From the NCBI GenBank assembly GCA_016187485.1, contig JACPJO010000004.1:56306-120305 (forward strand): DNA of 64,000 nt, given 5' to 3'. The notes below the pieces were generated by a model, which ran no database searches, was not told the origin of the DNA, and worked only from the letters and a program-made list of their open reading frames with translations. Each line of letters starts with the position of its first letter. The first letter of the stretch is position 1. Origin of the DNA: Candidatus Uhrbacteria bacterium. Lineage in GTDB: Bacteria > Patescibacteriota > Patescibacteriia > UBA9934 > UBA10169. The translations under genes were made by a program, and so were the position numbers. This document shows positions 16,560 to 25,100 of this stretch, piece by piece.

Positions 16560-18631
16560 CAACTAGCAGCCTGTTTCTCTGCATGCGCCAGAGCATCTGC
16601 GTGGAGCTTGCGTTGAAGAATCTCGTTTTCGATTTTGAATTTGAGCTGGTACGCCTGCTGGAGCGCTTCGTGCGGTGTGGGGCGCGCCAAGAAACTTCGG
16701 GCCGTAAGTTGGCGAACGAAACGAAACGTGTCGGGGATCGCTCCGTAGGTCTTGAATTCTGTGATATGTCTGGCGAGTGATTCCTTCTGCGCCTCGGAAA
16801 ACGGCGGATCCGTTTCCACACGGCCCTCGTAGATGGCCTGCATCTGCGCGAGATTATAATTCAGGTCGCCGTACTGCAGACCTCCGTGTTTGTCGTACGC
16901 GCGGTCTTCAAGAAGTTCTTTTACGCCCGTTCGCTTCATCTTCCCGTGCCCTAAGATATTCATGAGAATCACGCCCACGGCAAACGTATCCACTTTCGTC
17001 TGCTCCTTCCAGTCCGGAACCTTCGCTCTCGCGGCAACTTGCTCCGGAGCGATATAGAGCGGCGTCCCCACGACGTTTCCTTCTTTTGTCTCAAGAGGCG
17101 ATTCTGACCGAAGCCGAGACGGCTGTGTTTGCTCAATCGCCTCACCGTCTGGAAGAGCGGCAAGATACTGTTGCATCCGCGCATTATCCCAATTGCGCGG
17201 TGACCACTTTTGCAATTCCGGAAGGTCGGCGAGTTCCTTGTACGCGTATCTCTCCACGAGCCTTTGCAAGCGTGGAACGAGCTCACGCATGCTCGCAATT
17301 TTTTCTTCTGAAGATAGTTCCTCTTGCGTCACAGCCGCTACATCTCTCAAAGCTTCCCAAATGGCCTCCTGCTCTTTCATGGGGAGAAGTTCCCCGAGGC
17401 GCTCCGCCTTACCCTGTTCCTCCGTCCGTGCAAGAAATCCGACACCCCGCACCGACACCAGGGTATACAGTGCATGCGCATCGTGAAGAATCTTCCCCCA
17501 CAGAGTGTGCGTGGCCTCAGAAAACGCAACAACGTCTCCCGACCTGGACCCTTTGGCAAGTCCGAAGTCAAGAAGGTCAAGGCGCCCGTCGGCTCCGCGC
17601 ATAAGGTTCGCCGGCTTCACGTCCCGATGCCGCAGACCGCGCGTATTCATGATCGCAAGCGCTTCAAGCACATCAATGATGTCGTTCATTGCCTTCGAGC
17701 AAACTTCAAGCTGTTCAAAACGATTTCCCTGTTGAAATACGCGCAGACTTTCCCGGCGGTGATCAATCAACTCTCGTTGAAATGACGAGCCTTCTACATA
17801 TTCCATAAACACCGCGATAGCCTCGCGTGTGCGCACCGTCTCTTGCCATGCGTCGGCCAACACCTGAACTTTTTCTTTCTGTCTCGTCTGGAGACGAATA
17901 GCATCAAAGAAAGCCGGAAAATGCGCGGCCTCAACGGGAGAGAACTCTTTACCCTCTGCCATAATCCCCTTTGCAAGCGAAGAAAGAACCACGCCGTTTT
18001 CGTTGCGTCCGGGATGCAGAGCTGCATGCGCGGCAATCTCACGGGCCACCATGGTTTCCTTGCGGATTGTATCTTCCACAAGCGCCGGCTCGCCACGAGA
18101 AACCGCCACGATCTTCATGACAATTTTCTTCCCCGTCTCGCGCGAAGTCCCTACATACGCACGCGCCATCCCGCCTGCCCCCAAAAATTCAAAATCAAAT
18201 GTCTGCCCATGAAGCTCAAGAGTTTTTGGTGCAGGAAACACGTGTCCATCTTTGTCCTCAAAACGGGAGGCCTCCATGGAATAGGTGTAGCGGCCCATCC
18301 AGCCGTGAACAAAAAGCGGGTTCAGATCTTTCAAGGTGGTAAAGATTCGTTCCGCTTGGTGTTCCTTCTGCTCTTCTGCGGACCACACGGGCCAGGCAAA
18401 ACCTTTTTGGTCGCGCACACGTACAGCGGGGGGCATTTTTACTTCCACGCGCATGGCAGGGGCCCGCTCTTTTTCGAAGTTCGCCGTATCTTCCCACAAC
18501 TCTTCTGGTAAATAGCCCGGGTCGTTCACCTGATCAATGTCTTCCACGCCATAAATCTCAATCGTAGGTTCCAGTGGAACCCGTGGCTCTTCGTTCTGCT
18601 CTTCCATGGACATGCGCTCAACACGTGGCAT
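16559..18631 (-). CDS. Hanks-type Ser/Thr protein kinase, soluble, with a very large activation-segment insertion
   Basis: LGAGGMARAY, VMK, HRDVKPAN, DFG, GTPLYIAPE, DTFAVG; no TM or PASTA domain seen; start placed at ATG 18631, 10 nt after TACAAT. Confidence 0.9.
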   Translation of the reverse strand: MPRVERMSMEEQNEEPRVPLEPTIEIYGVEDIDQVNDPGYLPEELWEDTANFEKERAPAMRVEVKMPPAVRVRDQKGFAWPVWSAEEQKEHQAERIFTTLKDLNPLFVHGWMGRYTYSMEASRFEDKDGHVFPAPKTLELHGQTFDFEFLGAGGMARAYVGTSRETGKKIVMKIVAVSRGEPALVEDTIRKETMVAREIAAHAALHPGRNENGVVLSSLAKGIMAEGKEFSPVEAAHFPAFFDAIRLQTRQKEKVQVLADAWQETVRTREAIAVFMEYVEGSSFQRELIDHRRESLRVFQQGNRFEQLEVCSKAMNDIIDVLEALAIMNTRGLRHRDVKPANLMRGADGRLDLLDFGLAKGSRSGDVVAFSEATHTLWGKILHDAHALYTLVSVRGVGFLARTEEQGKAERLGELLPMKEQEAIWEALRDVAAVTQEELSSEEKIASMRELVPRLQRLVERYAYKELADLPELQKWSPRNWDNARMQQYLAALPDGEAIEQTQPSRLRSESPLETKEGNVVGTPLYIAPEQVAARAKVPDWKEQTKVDTFAVGVILMNILGHGKMKRTGVKELLEDRAYDKHGGLQYGDLNYNLAQMQAIYEGRVETDPPFSEAQKESLARHITEFKTYGAIPDTFRFVRQLTARSFLARPTPHEALQQAYQLKFKIENEILQRKLHADALAHAEKQAAS

Positions 18632-18668
18632 AACGAGGGCTATTGTAGCGGTTTTTTTGGCAGGAGAC

Positions 18669-18698
18669 AAAAACTCTCCGTTCGAACGGAGAGTTTTT
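18669..18698. terminator. Terminator of tRNA-Val (perfect 30-bp palindrome, usable on both strands)
   Basis: aaaaactctccgttcgaacggagagttttt. Confidence 0.8.
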
Positions 18699-18774
18699 GG
18701 TGGACGTTGGAGGATTCGAACCTCCGACCTTTCGAATGTGAATCGAACGCTCTAACCAGCTGAGCTAAACGTCC
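18698..18774 (-). tRNA. tRNA-Val(CAC)
   Basis: GGACGTTTAGCTCAGCTGGTTAGAGCG-TTCGA-TT-CAC-AT-TCGAA-AGGTCGGAGGTTCGAATCCTCCAACGTCCACCA; CCA is encoded. Confidence 0.96.
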
Positions 18775-18858
18775 ATGCCGCTCGCACGGTACTCTAAAAA
18801 GAGGCATCTAGCAAGCCCGTTGGCTTCTCTTAAGCGACACGGTATACTGACCCAACTT

Positions 18859-20316
18859 ATGGAGGAACCCCGCGTGAATCTGCTTCACAAGAACACCGAA
18901 GAAATGTACGGCCGACGGCCGCGCCCCTTTTTTTTGCGTGCGCGCGTAGTAGGCACGGTGATCGCTCTTACCCTTGTGATTGGGATCGTCTTTTCCGCGA
19001 CATCCAAAGACGCCTCCGAGGAGGTCGGCGGCTCCGTATTCACAACCATCTCGCGCCTTGTTCGCTCGGCCGATAAAGAACTTTCTGGAGAAACAGACGA
19101 CCGTGTAAATATCCTCCTACTTGGCATCGGGGGGAGCGGGCACGATGGGCCAGAGCTCACAGACACTATTATTTTTGGGAGTTTCCAACCATCCACGAAA
19201 CAAATCGGCCTGCTCTCGATCCCCCGCGACCTCGTGATCCCCCTCGAGGGGTACGGCTGGCGCAAGATCAATCACGTGAACGCATATGGAGAGGAGCAAA
19301 AACGTGAGAGTGGGCCAGAGCTTGCTGCACAAACGATTGGAGAAATCCTGGGCCAGCCGGTTCACTACTGGATAAAGGTAGACTTCAAAGGTTTTGAGAC
19401 CTTCATAGACGCCATCGGCGGCATCGACGTGGACGTGGCGCGCGCCTTCACCGACCCCGCCTATCCGCTTGAAGACGAAGAGGGCACCATCACGACCCTC
19501 CATTTTGAAACAGGGCCCCAGCAGATGGATGGAAAGACCGCCCTGCAATTTGTGCGCTCGCGTCACGGCGACAACGGCGAAGGGTCGGACTTTGCGCGCG
19601 CCGCCCGCCAGCAGCTGGTACTCGTCGCGGTAAAGAAGAAATTACTTTCCGCCTCCGTGCTGTTGAACCCGGCGCGCCTCACGCGCTTAGTGGGAACGTT
19701 GCGCGAGAATATGCGCACGAACCTTTCTTCGTGGGAGATCCTGCGCTTGGCGCGCATGGAAGATCTCTTCACTGGACCGTCTATCAATCATATTGTGCTC
19801 GACACACGCCCCGGTAGTCCGCTGTACGAAACGACAGCGGGCGGCGCGTATGTTATCTTGCCGCGCCACCAAAACTGGGATCGCATCCAAGACATTGCAA
19901 AAAATCTTTTCGACGCGTCCGAAGCAGATCTTGTTTCGCGCGAAGCGGCGCCGCGCGGCATCACGCTTGACATTCAAAATGGCACAGACATCCCAAGCCT
20001 CGCCGCCACCGTGGGCAACCTTCTACGCGAGGAAGGGTACACCGTCGCCGATGTAGGAAACGCCGAAATCAACGGCGTGAAGGAAACGATCATCTATGAC
20101 CGGAGCTACGGTGCCTATCCCGCCGAGCTTCTTGCTCTTGCGGATTATCTTAACGCACGCATTTCCCAATCGGCAGGCGGCTGGCTGGTAAGCCAAGAGA
20201 TCGTCCCCGACGAACTCACGATCCGGCCTATTGACGTTGCCTCGGCTGGCCCGCCGGTTGACTTTCTGGTCATTCTTGGGGAAAGTACCGTGGATCGCCT
20301 CTCCTTGCGACCCTAG
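18859..20316 (+). CDS. LCP (LytR-CpsA-Psr) family glycopolymer transferase with LytR_C-like C-terminal domain
   Basis: One TM; NILLLGIGG, TDTII, SIPRD, KINH, ALQFVRSRH, SDFARAARQQ; IQNGT..LA C-terminal module. Confidence 0.93.
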   Translation: MEEPRVNLLHKNTEEMYGRRPRPFFLRARVVGTVIALTLVIGIVFSATSKDASEEVGGSVFTTISRLVRSADKELSGETDDRVNILLLGIGGSGHDGPELTDTIIFGSFQPSTKQIGLLSIPRDLVIPLEGYGWRKINHVNAYGEEQKRESGPELAAQTIGEILGQPVHYWIKVDFKGFETFIDAIGGIDVDVARAFTDPAYPLEDEEGTITTLHFETGPQQMDGKTALQFVRSRHGDNGEGSDFARAARQQLVLVAVKKKLLSASVLLNPARLTRLVGTLRENMRTNLSSWEILRLARMEDLFTGPSINHIVLDTRPGSPLYETTAGGAYVILPRHQNWDRIQDIAKNLFDASEADLVSREAAPRGITLDIQNGTDIPSLAATVGNLLREEGYTVADVGNAEINGVKETIIYDRSYGAYPAELLALADYLNARISQSAGGWLVSQEIVPDELTIRPIDVASAGPPVDFLVILGESTVDRLSLRP

Positions 20317-20318
20317 CT

Positions 20319-21665
20319 ATGCCTACTCTTCCAACCGTCGCTATTGTCGGCCGAGCAAACGTGGGAAAATCCACGTTGTTTAATTGTTTGGTGGAAGAGA
20401 AGAAAGCACTGGTCTCTCCGGTGGCCGGTACGACGCGCGATCGGCAAGAGGGGTACGTGCTCTGGCGCGGCCACGTCATACGTGTGCTCGATACGGGCGG
20501 ACTCGACATCAAACACCCGGACGACATTGAACGCGAGATCATCCGTCAGACCGATCTTGCCACAAAAGAGGCCGACGTGGTTCTTCTCCTTCTCGACGCG
20601 GGCGTAGGGCCTATGGAATTCGACCGTGAGCTCTATCGGCGCGTGCAGAAACTCCACAAGCCCGTGGTCATCGCGGCAAATAAATGCGACACGAAGCCCG
20701 CCAAACGACAGTCTTCTGCCGACTGGCGATTCCCGGGCGGGGAACCCACGCGCATTTCTTCCATCCGTGGAGAAGGAACAGGCGATCTCCTCGATCATTT
20801 GTTCGAGTTGTTTGAAAAATTAGGCAAGCCGCCCGCTCCGCAATCGGAGGTCATACCTGTGCGTGTCGCCATGATCGGTAAACCCAACGTAGGAAAGTCC
20901 TCTCTCTTAAATAGCCTACTGGGCGAGGAACGCTTCATCACCTCCCCCGTGGCGCACACAACCCGTTCGCCAAATGACGTACGTACAGAGCATGACGGTC
21001 ACTCCTATATATTTATTGATACGGCCGGTATTCGCCGGCGCGTCAGCCGCGAATATACGCCCATGCTGGAGAAAGCGGGGGTGGAACAAACGCGCGCCAC
21101 GCTTCGGCGCACCGACGTCGTACTGTTCGTGATAGACGCCACCGACGCCATCGGTGTCCAAGAAAAAGTTCTCGCGGGAGAAATTGCCGACTCCGGTGCC
21201 GGCGTAATCATTGTGGTGAATAAGTGGGATCTGGTGGAAGAAAAAAAGACCGGCACCATCAACACCTATCAAGAACGCATCCTCGACCATCTCCCCATGC
21301 TTGCCTTTGCACCGCTTATGTTCGTGAGCGCAAAGACGGGTCAGCGTGTCGCGCGTTTGTTCGCCGCCATTGGAGAGGTGCAGAAAACACGTTTCTCAGA
21401 GTTCGACGACGAAGCCGTGGAGGCGTTTCTGCGTCAAGCCATCGCGCGCCACCGTCCCACGAAGGGCATGGGCACCGCGCCGCCGAAGATTATGGGCATG
21501 CGCCAAATCGGCACGGCTCCCCCTACGTTTGTGATTGCGGTAAAATCCAGGCATACAAAAAAACTCCACACATCCTATGTGCGCTATCTTGAAAACCGGC
21601 TTCGGGAAACCTTCGAGCTTTCTGGCGTCCCTGTGCGCTTGGTGGTCAAAGCCGTCGCGTCGTAA
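20319..21665 (+). CDS. der: Ribosome biogenesis GTPase Der (EngA)
   Basis: Two G domains (GRANVGKS/DTGG/NKCD and GKPNVGKS/DTAG/NKWD) and a KH-like tail, SYVRYLENRLRETF. Confidence 0.96.
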   Translation: MPTLPTVAIVGRANVGKSTLFNCLVEEKKALVSPVAGTTRDRQEGYVLWRGHVIRVLDTGGLDIKHPDDIEREIIRQTDLATKEADVVLLLLDAGVGPMEFDRELYRRVQKLHKPVVIAANKCDTKPAKRQSSADWRFPGGEPTRISSIRGEGTGDLLDHLFELFEKLGKPPAPQSEVIPVRVAMIGKPNVGKSSLLNSLLGEERFITSPVAHTTRSPNDVRTEHDGHSYIFIDTAGIRRRVSREYTPMLEKAGVEQTRATLRRTDVVLFVIDATDAIGVQEKVLAGEIADSGAGVIIVVNKWDLVEEKKTGTINTYQERILDHLPMLAFAPLMFVSAKTGQRVARLFAAIGEVQKTRFSEFDDEAVEAFLRQAIARHRPTKGMGTAPPKIMGMRQIGTAPPTFVIAVKSRHTKKLHTSYVRYLENRLRETFELSGVPVRLVVKAVAS

Positions 21666-21666
21666 T

Positions 21667-22179
21667 ATGCGCCCACTCATCGTGGGGCTTGGCAATGTCG
21701 GCAAGGAGTATGAGCAGACACGGCATAACGTGGGATTTGAAATCGTAGACGCACTTGCAAAAGGAAAAAATCTTTCATGGAAAAAGGAGGCGGCACGACA
21801 CGCGTTTGTGGCCACATCGCGAGAAGTGATTTTGGCAAAGCCCACCACCTACATGAACCGCTCGGGAGAGGCTGTACGAGAACTTGTGTCGTTTTACAAA
21901 CCCTCCCGCATCGTGGTGATCTACGATGACGCCGACTTGCCCATGGGAGAAATCCGTGTGCGCGGAGACGGTCGGAGTGCAGGCCACAACGGAATTGCGT
22001 CCGTCATTGAACATATTGGAGAGGAGGCGTTTACGCGTGTGCGTGTAGGCATCGGCCGGCCAGAAAACAAAGATATTCCTCTTGAAGATTGGGTGCTCGG
22101 AACGTGGAATGAGGAGGAATGGAAAAAGATAAAAAATATTGTGGAGGAGGCCACACAAAAAGTCGAAATCCAGCCGTAG
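21667..22179 (+). CDS. pth: Peptidyl-tRNA hydrolase
   Basis: LIVGLGN, TRHNVGF, KPTTYMNRSG, GHNG, RVRVGIGRP. Confidence 0.96.
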   Translation: MRPLIVGLGNVGKEYEQTRHNVGFEIVDALAKGKNLSWKKEAARHAFVATSREVILAKPTTYMNRSGEAVRELVSFYKPSRIVVIYDDADLPMGEIRVRGDGRSAGHNGIASVIEHIGEEAFTRVRVGIGRPENKDIPLEDWVLGTWNEEEWKKIKNIVEEATQKVEIQP

Positions 22180-22188
22180 GGCTGGATT
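22167..22188 (-). terminator. Terminator of the 22203-23807 ORFan, convergent with pth
   Basis: aatccagcc-gtag-ggctggatt 9-bp stem, followed on the minus strand by tcgactttttg. Confidence 0.55.
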
Positions 22189-22202
22189 GAGGAGAAAGAA
22201 CA

Positions 22203-23807
22203 CTACTTGATGTCTTCGCCGTAGCAGCTCTGGGCTCTGCCTTCGGCGTTCTTGGTGCAGAGGGTGGGAATGCCCCCGCAGTAGTACCGGTCGTAGAGGG
22301 TGCGCTTCTCGCGACCCTTCACGTTGACGGCACCGGGCACGCACTCGCCCTTGAGGACATCGCCCGTCAGCATCGCCTCGAGCGCGCGCTGGGCGTACCC
22401 AGCTTTCTTCTCGGCGGCGAGAGCGCGCTCGTCAGCCTTGCCGAACTTGGTCTCGGCCAAGTGCGCCGAAGCGGCAGACTCCGCCGCAGCGGCTTCAGCA
22501 GCCGAGCGCAGTTCCTCCCGACGGGACGTTTCCTTCGAGAAGACGGTGATGAGACTGGCCACGTGGTCGTTCATCCACTCCGACGACTCGCCGATGCTCG
22601 CGATCTGCTCGCTCTGGGTTGCGTCCACGCGGCCCTGGTGCATCCAGAACGCAACGATTCCAGTAGCAAGGACGGTAAAGAGGCCGATCACGATCGTCCG
22701 CACACGCTTGAGCGCGTGGAGAGCCAGAGAGAGGCGTTGACCGAGATCTTCCACCTGCTTCACGGACGGGAGCGCGATGACCGGCATCGGCCGCTCCGTC
22801 CCGGGGGTCGTCTGCTGCCTGGACGGCGGCGGCTCGGGGTAGGCCAGCCTGCGCAGTGCCACCATCCCCTGCTCCATGGTCATGAGCCGATCCCACATAC
22901 CGTCGAAGACCGCACGGTTGTACGCCGGCTCTCCGCTTCCGTCGCAGATGACCGCGACGATCTGCGTCCACATGCCCGTGAGGTCCGGACGACTGATCGT
23001 GAAGGGGAACTTCGTCGCCAGGATGGCCCAGACATTCTGGGCGTTCATCGCCTTGGGAGCATCCCCCATCCCGAGGACCTCGGCCCACAGGTAGTCGCGG
23101 CGCAAGTTGGGCAGACGCCACAGATCTTCGGGACTGGGCGGCGCCTTCGCTGCCTGATCTTCACGCTTGAGCTGCTTCCAGATCGTGTCAAAGCTCGCCC
23201 GTCCGAGGGGAGGAAGATCACCCTGGCAGAGCATCAACTCCACCATCAGGTTGAAGTCAAGACGCATCTGCGGAAGAGCGACGATGTTGGGGAAGTGCCG
23301 CTGAAGCAGCCGCCAGGCGTTGTCCTCGTTGATGTCCCGAGGGTCCATCCCCTCGATCTCGAAGACCCGGCAGAGATACGCCCACCGGACGTCCAGGCCC
23401 CTCCAGTTGGCCTCAGGGTTCGGATCCGGCGCCACGGGCGGGCCGTTGCCCCCTCCGTTCGCTTCAAGTTCCGCCGCCACGCGGTGCATCTCGTCGGGGT
23501 CGAAGCCCTCCGTTTCCTCATCGTTCCCGATGCCATCGTGGATGGCTGCGGCCAGCACGTCCCGCCGACGGTCACCCTGGAACAATGGCCCCTCCGGAAT
23601 GCCGGGAATGGATCCCCCCTCTTCGTCTGCTGTCTGCACCGGCGGGGCACCACCAACCACCGGCACGATGCCGGGGCGCGGAAGATCCGTCGAGCCGGGG
23701 GCAGCCTCTCCCTCATCCCCAGGCGGTCGGGGAAGAAATCCCTCGTCTTCCACGATCTGTGCGGGACCCTTCTGGCCCTTGTTTCCATCGTTGCTTGAAA
23801 TGAGCAT
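22203..23807 (-). CDS. Hypothetical single-pass membrane protein: acidic disordered N-terminus, tandem ~95-aa repeat, coiled coil, Cys4 C-terminal domain; GC3-rich
   Basis: Long ORF; TM IVIGLFTVLATGIVAFWM; SD GGAGGGAG before ATG 23807 (alternative ATG at 23825); promoter TTGACG-17-TAGCAT at 23853-23881. Confidence 0.8.
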   Translation of the reverse strand: MLISSNDGNKGQKGPAQIVEDEGFLPRPPGDEGEAAPGSTDLPRPGIVPVVGGAPPVQTADEEGGSIPGIPEGPLFQGDRRRDVLAAAIHDGIGNDEETEGFDPDEMHRVAAELEANGGGNGPPVAPDPNPEANWRGLDVRWAYLCRVFEIEGMDPRDINEDNAWRLLQRHFPNIVALPQMRLDFNLMVELMLCQGDLPPLGRASFDTIWKQLKREDQAAKAPPSPEDLWRLPNLRRDYLWAEVLGMGDAPKAMNAQNVWAILATKFPFTISRPDLTGMWTQIVAVICDGSGEPAYNRAVFDGMWDRLMTMEQGMVALRRLAYPEPPPSRQQTTPGTERPMPVIALPSVKQVEDLGQRLSLALHALKRVRTIVIGLFTVLATGIVAFWMHQGRVDATQSEQIASIGESSEWMNDHVASLITVFSKETSRREELRSAAEAAAAESAASAHLAETKFGKADERALAAEKKAGYAQRALEAMLTGDVLKGECVPGAVNVKGREKRTLYDRYYCGGIPTLCTKNAEGRAQSCYGEDIK

Positions 23808-23909
23808 TCTGTTGTCTCCCTCCATAGGTCGCCAGACCCACAGGAGCCTCGGATGCTAACAAGAGAACTTCCTCTCGTCAAGCATCACAAGTACAATAGC
23901 ATGCACCCT

Positions 23910-25019
23910 ATGTTGACGACGGAGTTGCAAAAAACTGACCTCCCCTTCGCCCTCGCCGCCGCCCGTTTTCCCAAATTCGGCGCCAAACGCCTGGCGCGCC
24001 TCAAGAAGGCTTTTGGGAATTTCGAGACCGTATGGGGTGCCGAGGCAAGAGACCTGGCGCGGGCGATCGAGCACATGGCGCTTGCCGAGGAGTTTGTCGC
24101 GGCACGACGAACCATCGAACCAGCAGAAGAAGTCGACAGGCTTGCGCAGACAGGCGTGTCAGTGGTGTGGATCGAAGAAGAGACGTACCCAGCTCTTCTG
24201 CGCGAAATCCATGACCCACCTCCCTTCCTTTTTCATCGCGGCGCCCTTCCAAAACCAGCCGACGTTCTTCTGTCCGTTGTGGGAAGCCGTCACATGAGTC
24301 GTTATGGCGCAGCTGTCCTTGAGATGTTTATGCCAGAACTCGCGCGCTCCGGTGTGCACATTGTAAGCGGTCTTGCACTTGGGTGCGACGGGTACGCACA
24401 CGAACTTACCGTGAAGCACCGCGGATGCACCTATGGAATTGTCGCGGGCGGATGTGACACCGAGAGTATCACGCCCGGACAAAATCGCGCGCTGGCGCAC
24501 GCCATGATCGCCGCAGGGGGTGGGGTGATCTCTGAACAACCTGTGGGTACCGCATCCTATCCGTCATCTTTTCCGCTGCGCAACCGATTGATTGCTGGCA
24601 TCAGCCGCGCCACATTAGTGATCGAGGCCGCTGAAGCGTCCGGCTCGCTTATCACTGCGCGTCTGGCGCTCGAAGAAAATCGCGACGTCCTTGCCGTTCC
24701 GGGTCCCATCAATGCTCCTATGAGTATCGGCACAAACCGGCTCGTGCGTTTTGGTGCGCATGTTGTTACCTCGGCCGAAGACATCCTCTCTCTTTTAGAG
24801 CTTGCCCCCACCACCCCTGTACCCGCGCGCATCGTCGAGCCACAAAACGCAACCGAAGCGGCTCTCCTCCCCCACCTCAACACGCACGGCATACATGTAG
24901 ACGAGCTTGTGCGGGCCAGTCGCCTCCCTACCACCCTCGTTCTCCAAACCCTTACCGCCATGGAACTGCGCGAGGTCGTTGTCCATATCGGAGGGAATCA
25001 TTATCGGTTGAACGGGTAG
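23910..25019 (+). CDS. dprA: DNA-processing protein DprA
   Basis: YPALLREIHDPP, VVGSR, IVSGLALGCD, FPLRNRLIAG, EAAEASGSLITA, C-terminal winged helix. Confidence 0.96.
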   Translation: MLTTELQKTDLPFALAAARFPKFGAKRLARLKKAFGNFETVWGAEARDLARAIEHMALAEEFVAARRTIEPAEEVDRLAQTGVSVVWIEEETYPALLREIHDPPPFLFHRGALPKPADVLLSVVGSRHMSRYGAAVLEMFMPELARSGVHIVSGLALGCDGYAHELTVKHRGCTYGIVAGGCDTESITPGQNRALAHAMIAAGGGVISEQPVGTASYPSSFPLRNRLIAGISRATLVIEAAEASGSLITARLALEENRDVLAVPGPINAPMSIGTNRLVRFGAHVVTSAEDILSLLELAPTTPVPARIVEPQNATEAALLPHLNTHGIHVDELVRASRLPTTLVLQTLTAMELREVVVHIGGNHYRLNG

Positions 25020-25100
25020 CAAACCAGGATGTACAGATCGTGGTCCCCGCTTGACGAAGTCCGTCGCTCTTGTCATTGTGTGTCCCATTGACCGCCCTGC

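Noticed and set aside
22461-23798. 445-aa plus-strand ORF and other alternative frames over the 22203-23807 ORFan
   Set aside because: High GC3 on the minus-strand gene suppresses stops in other frames; the promoter, SD, TM and terminator all support the minus-strand ORF.
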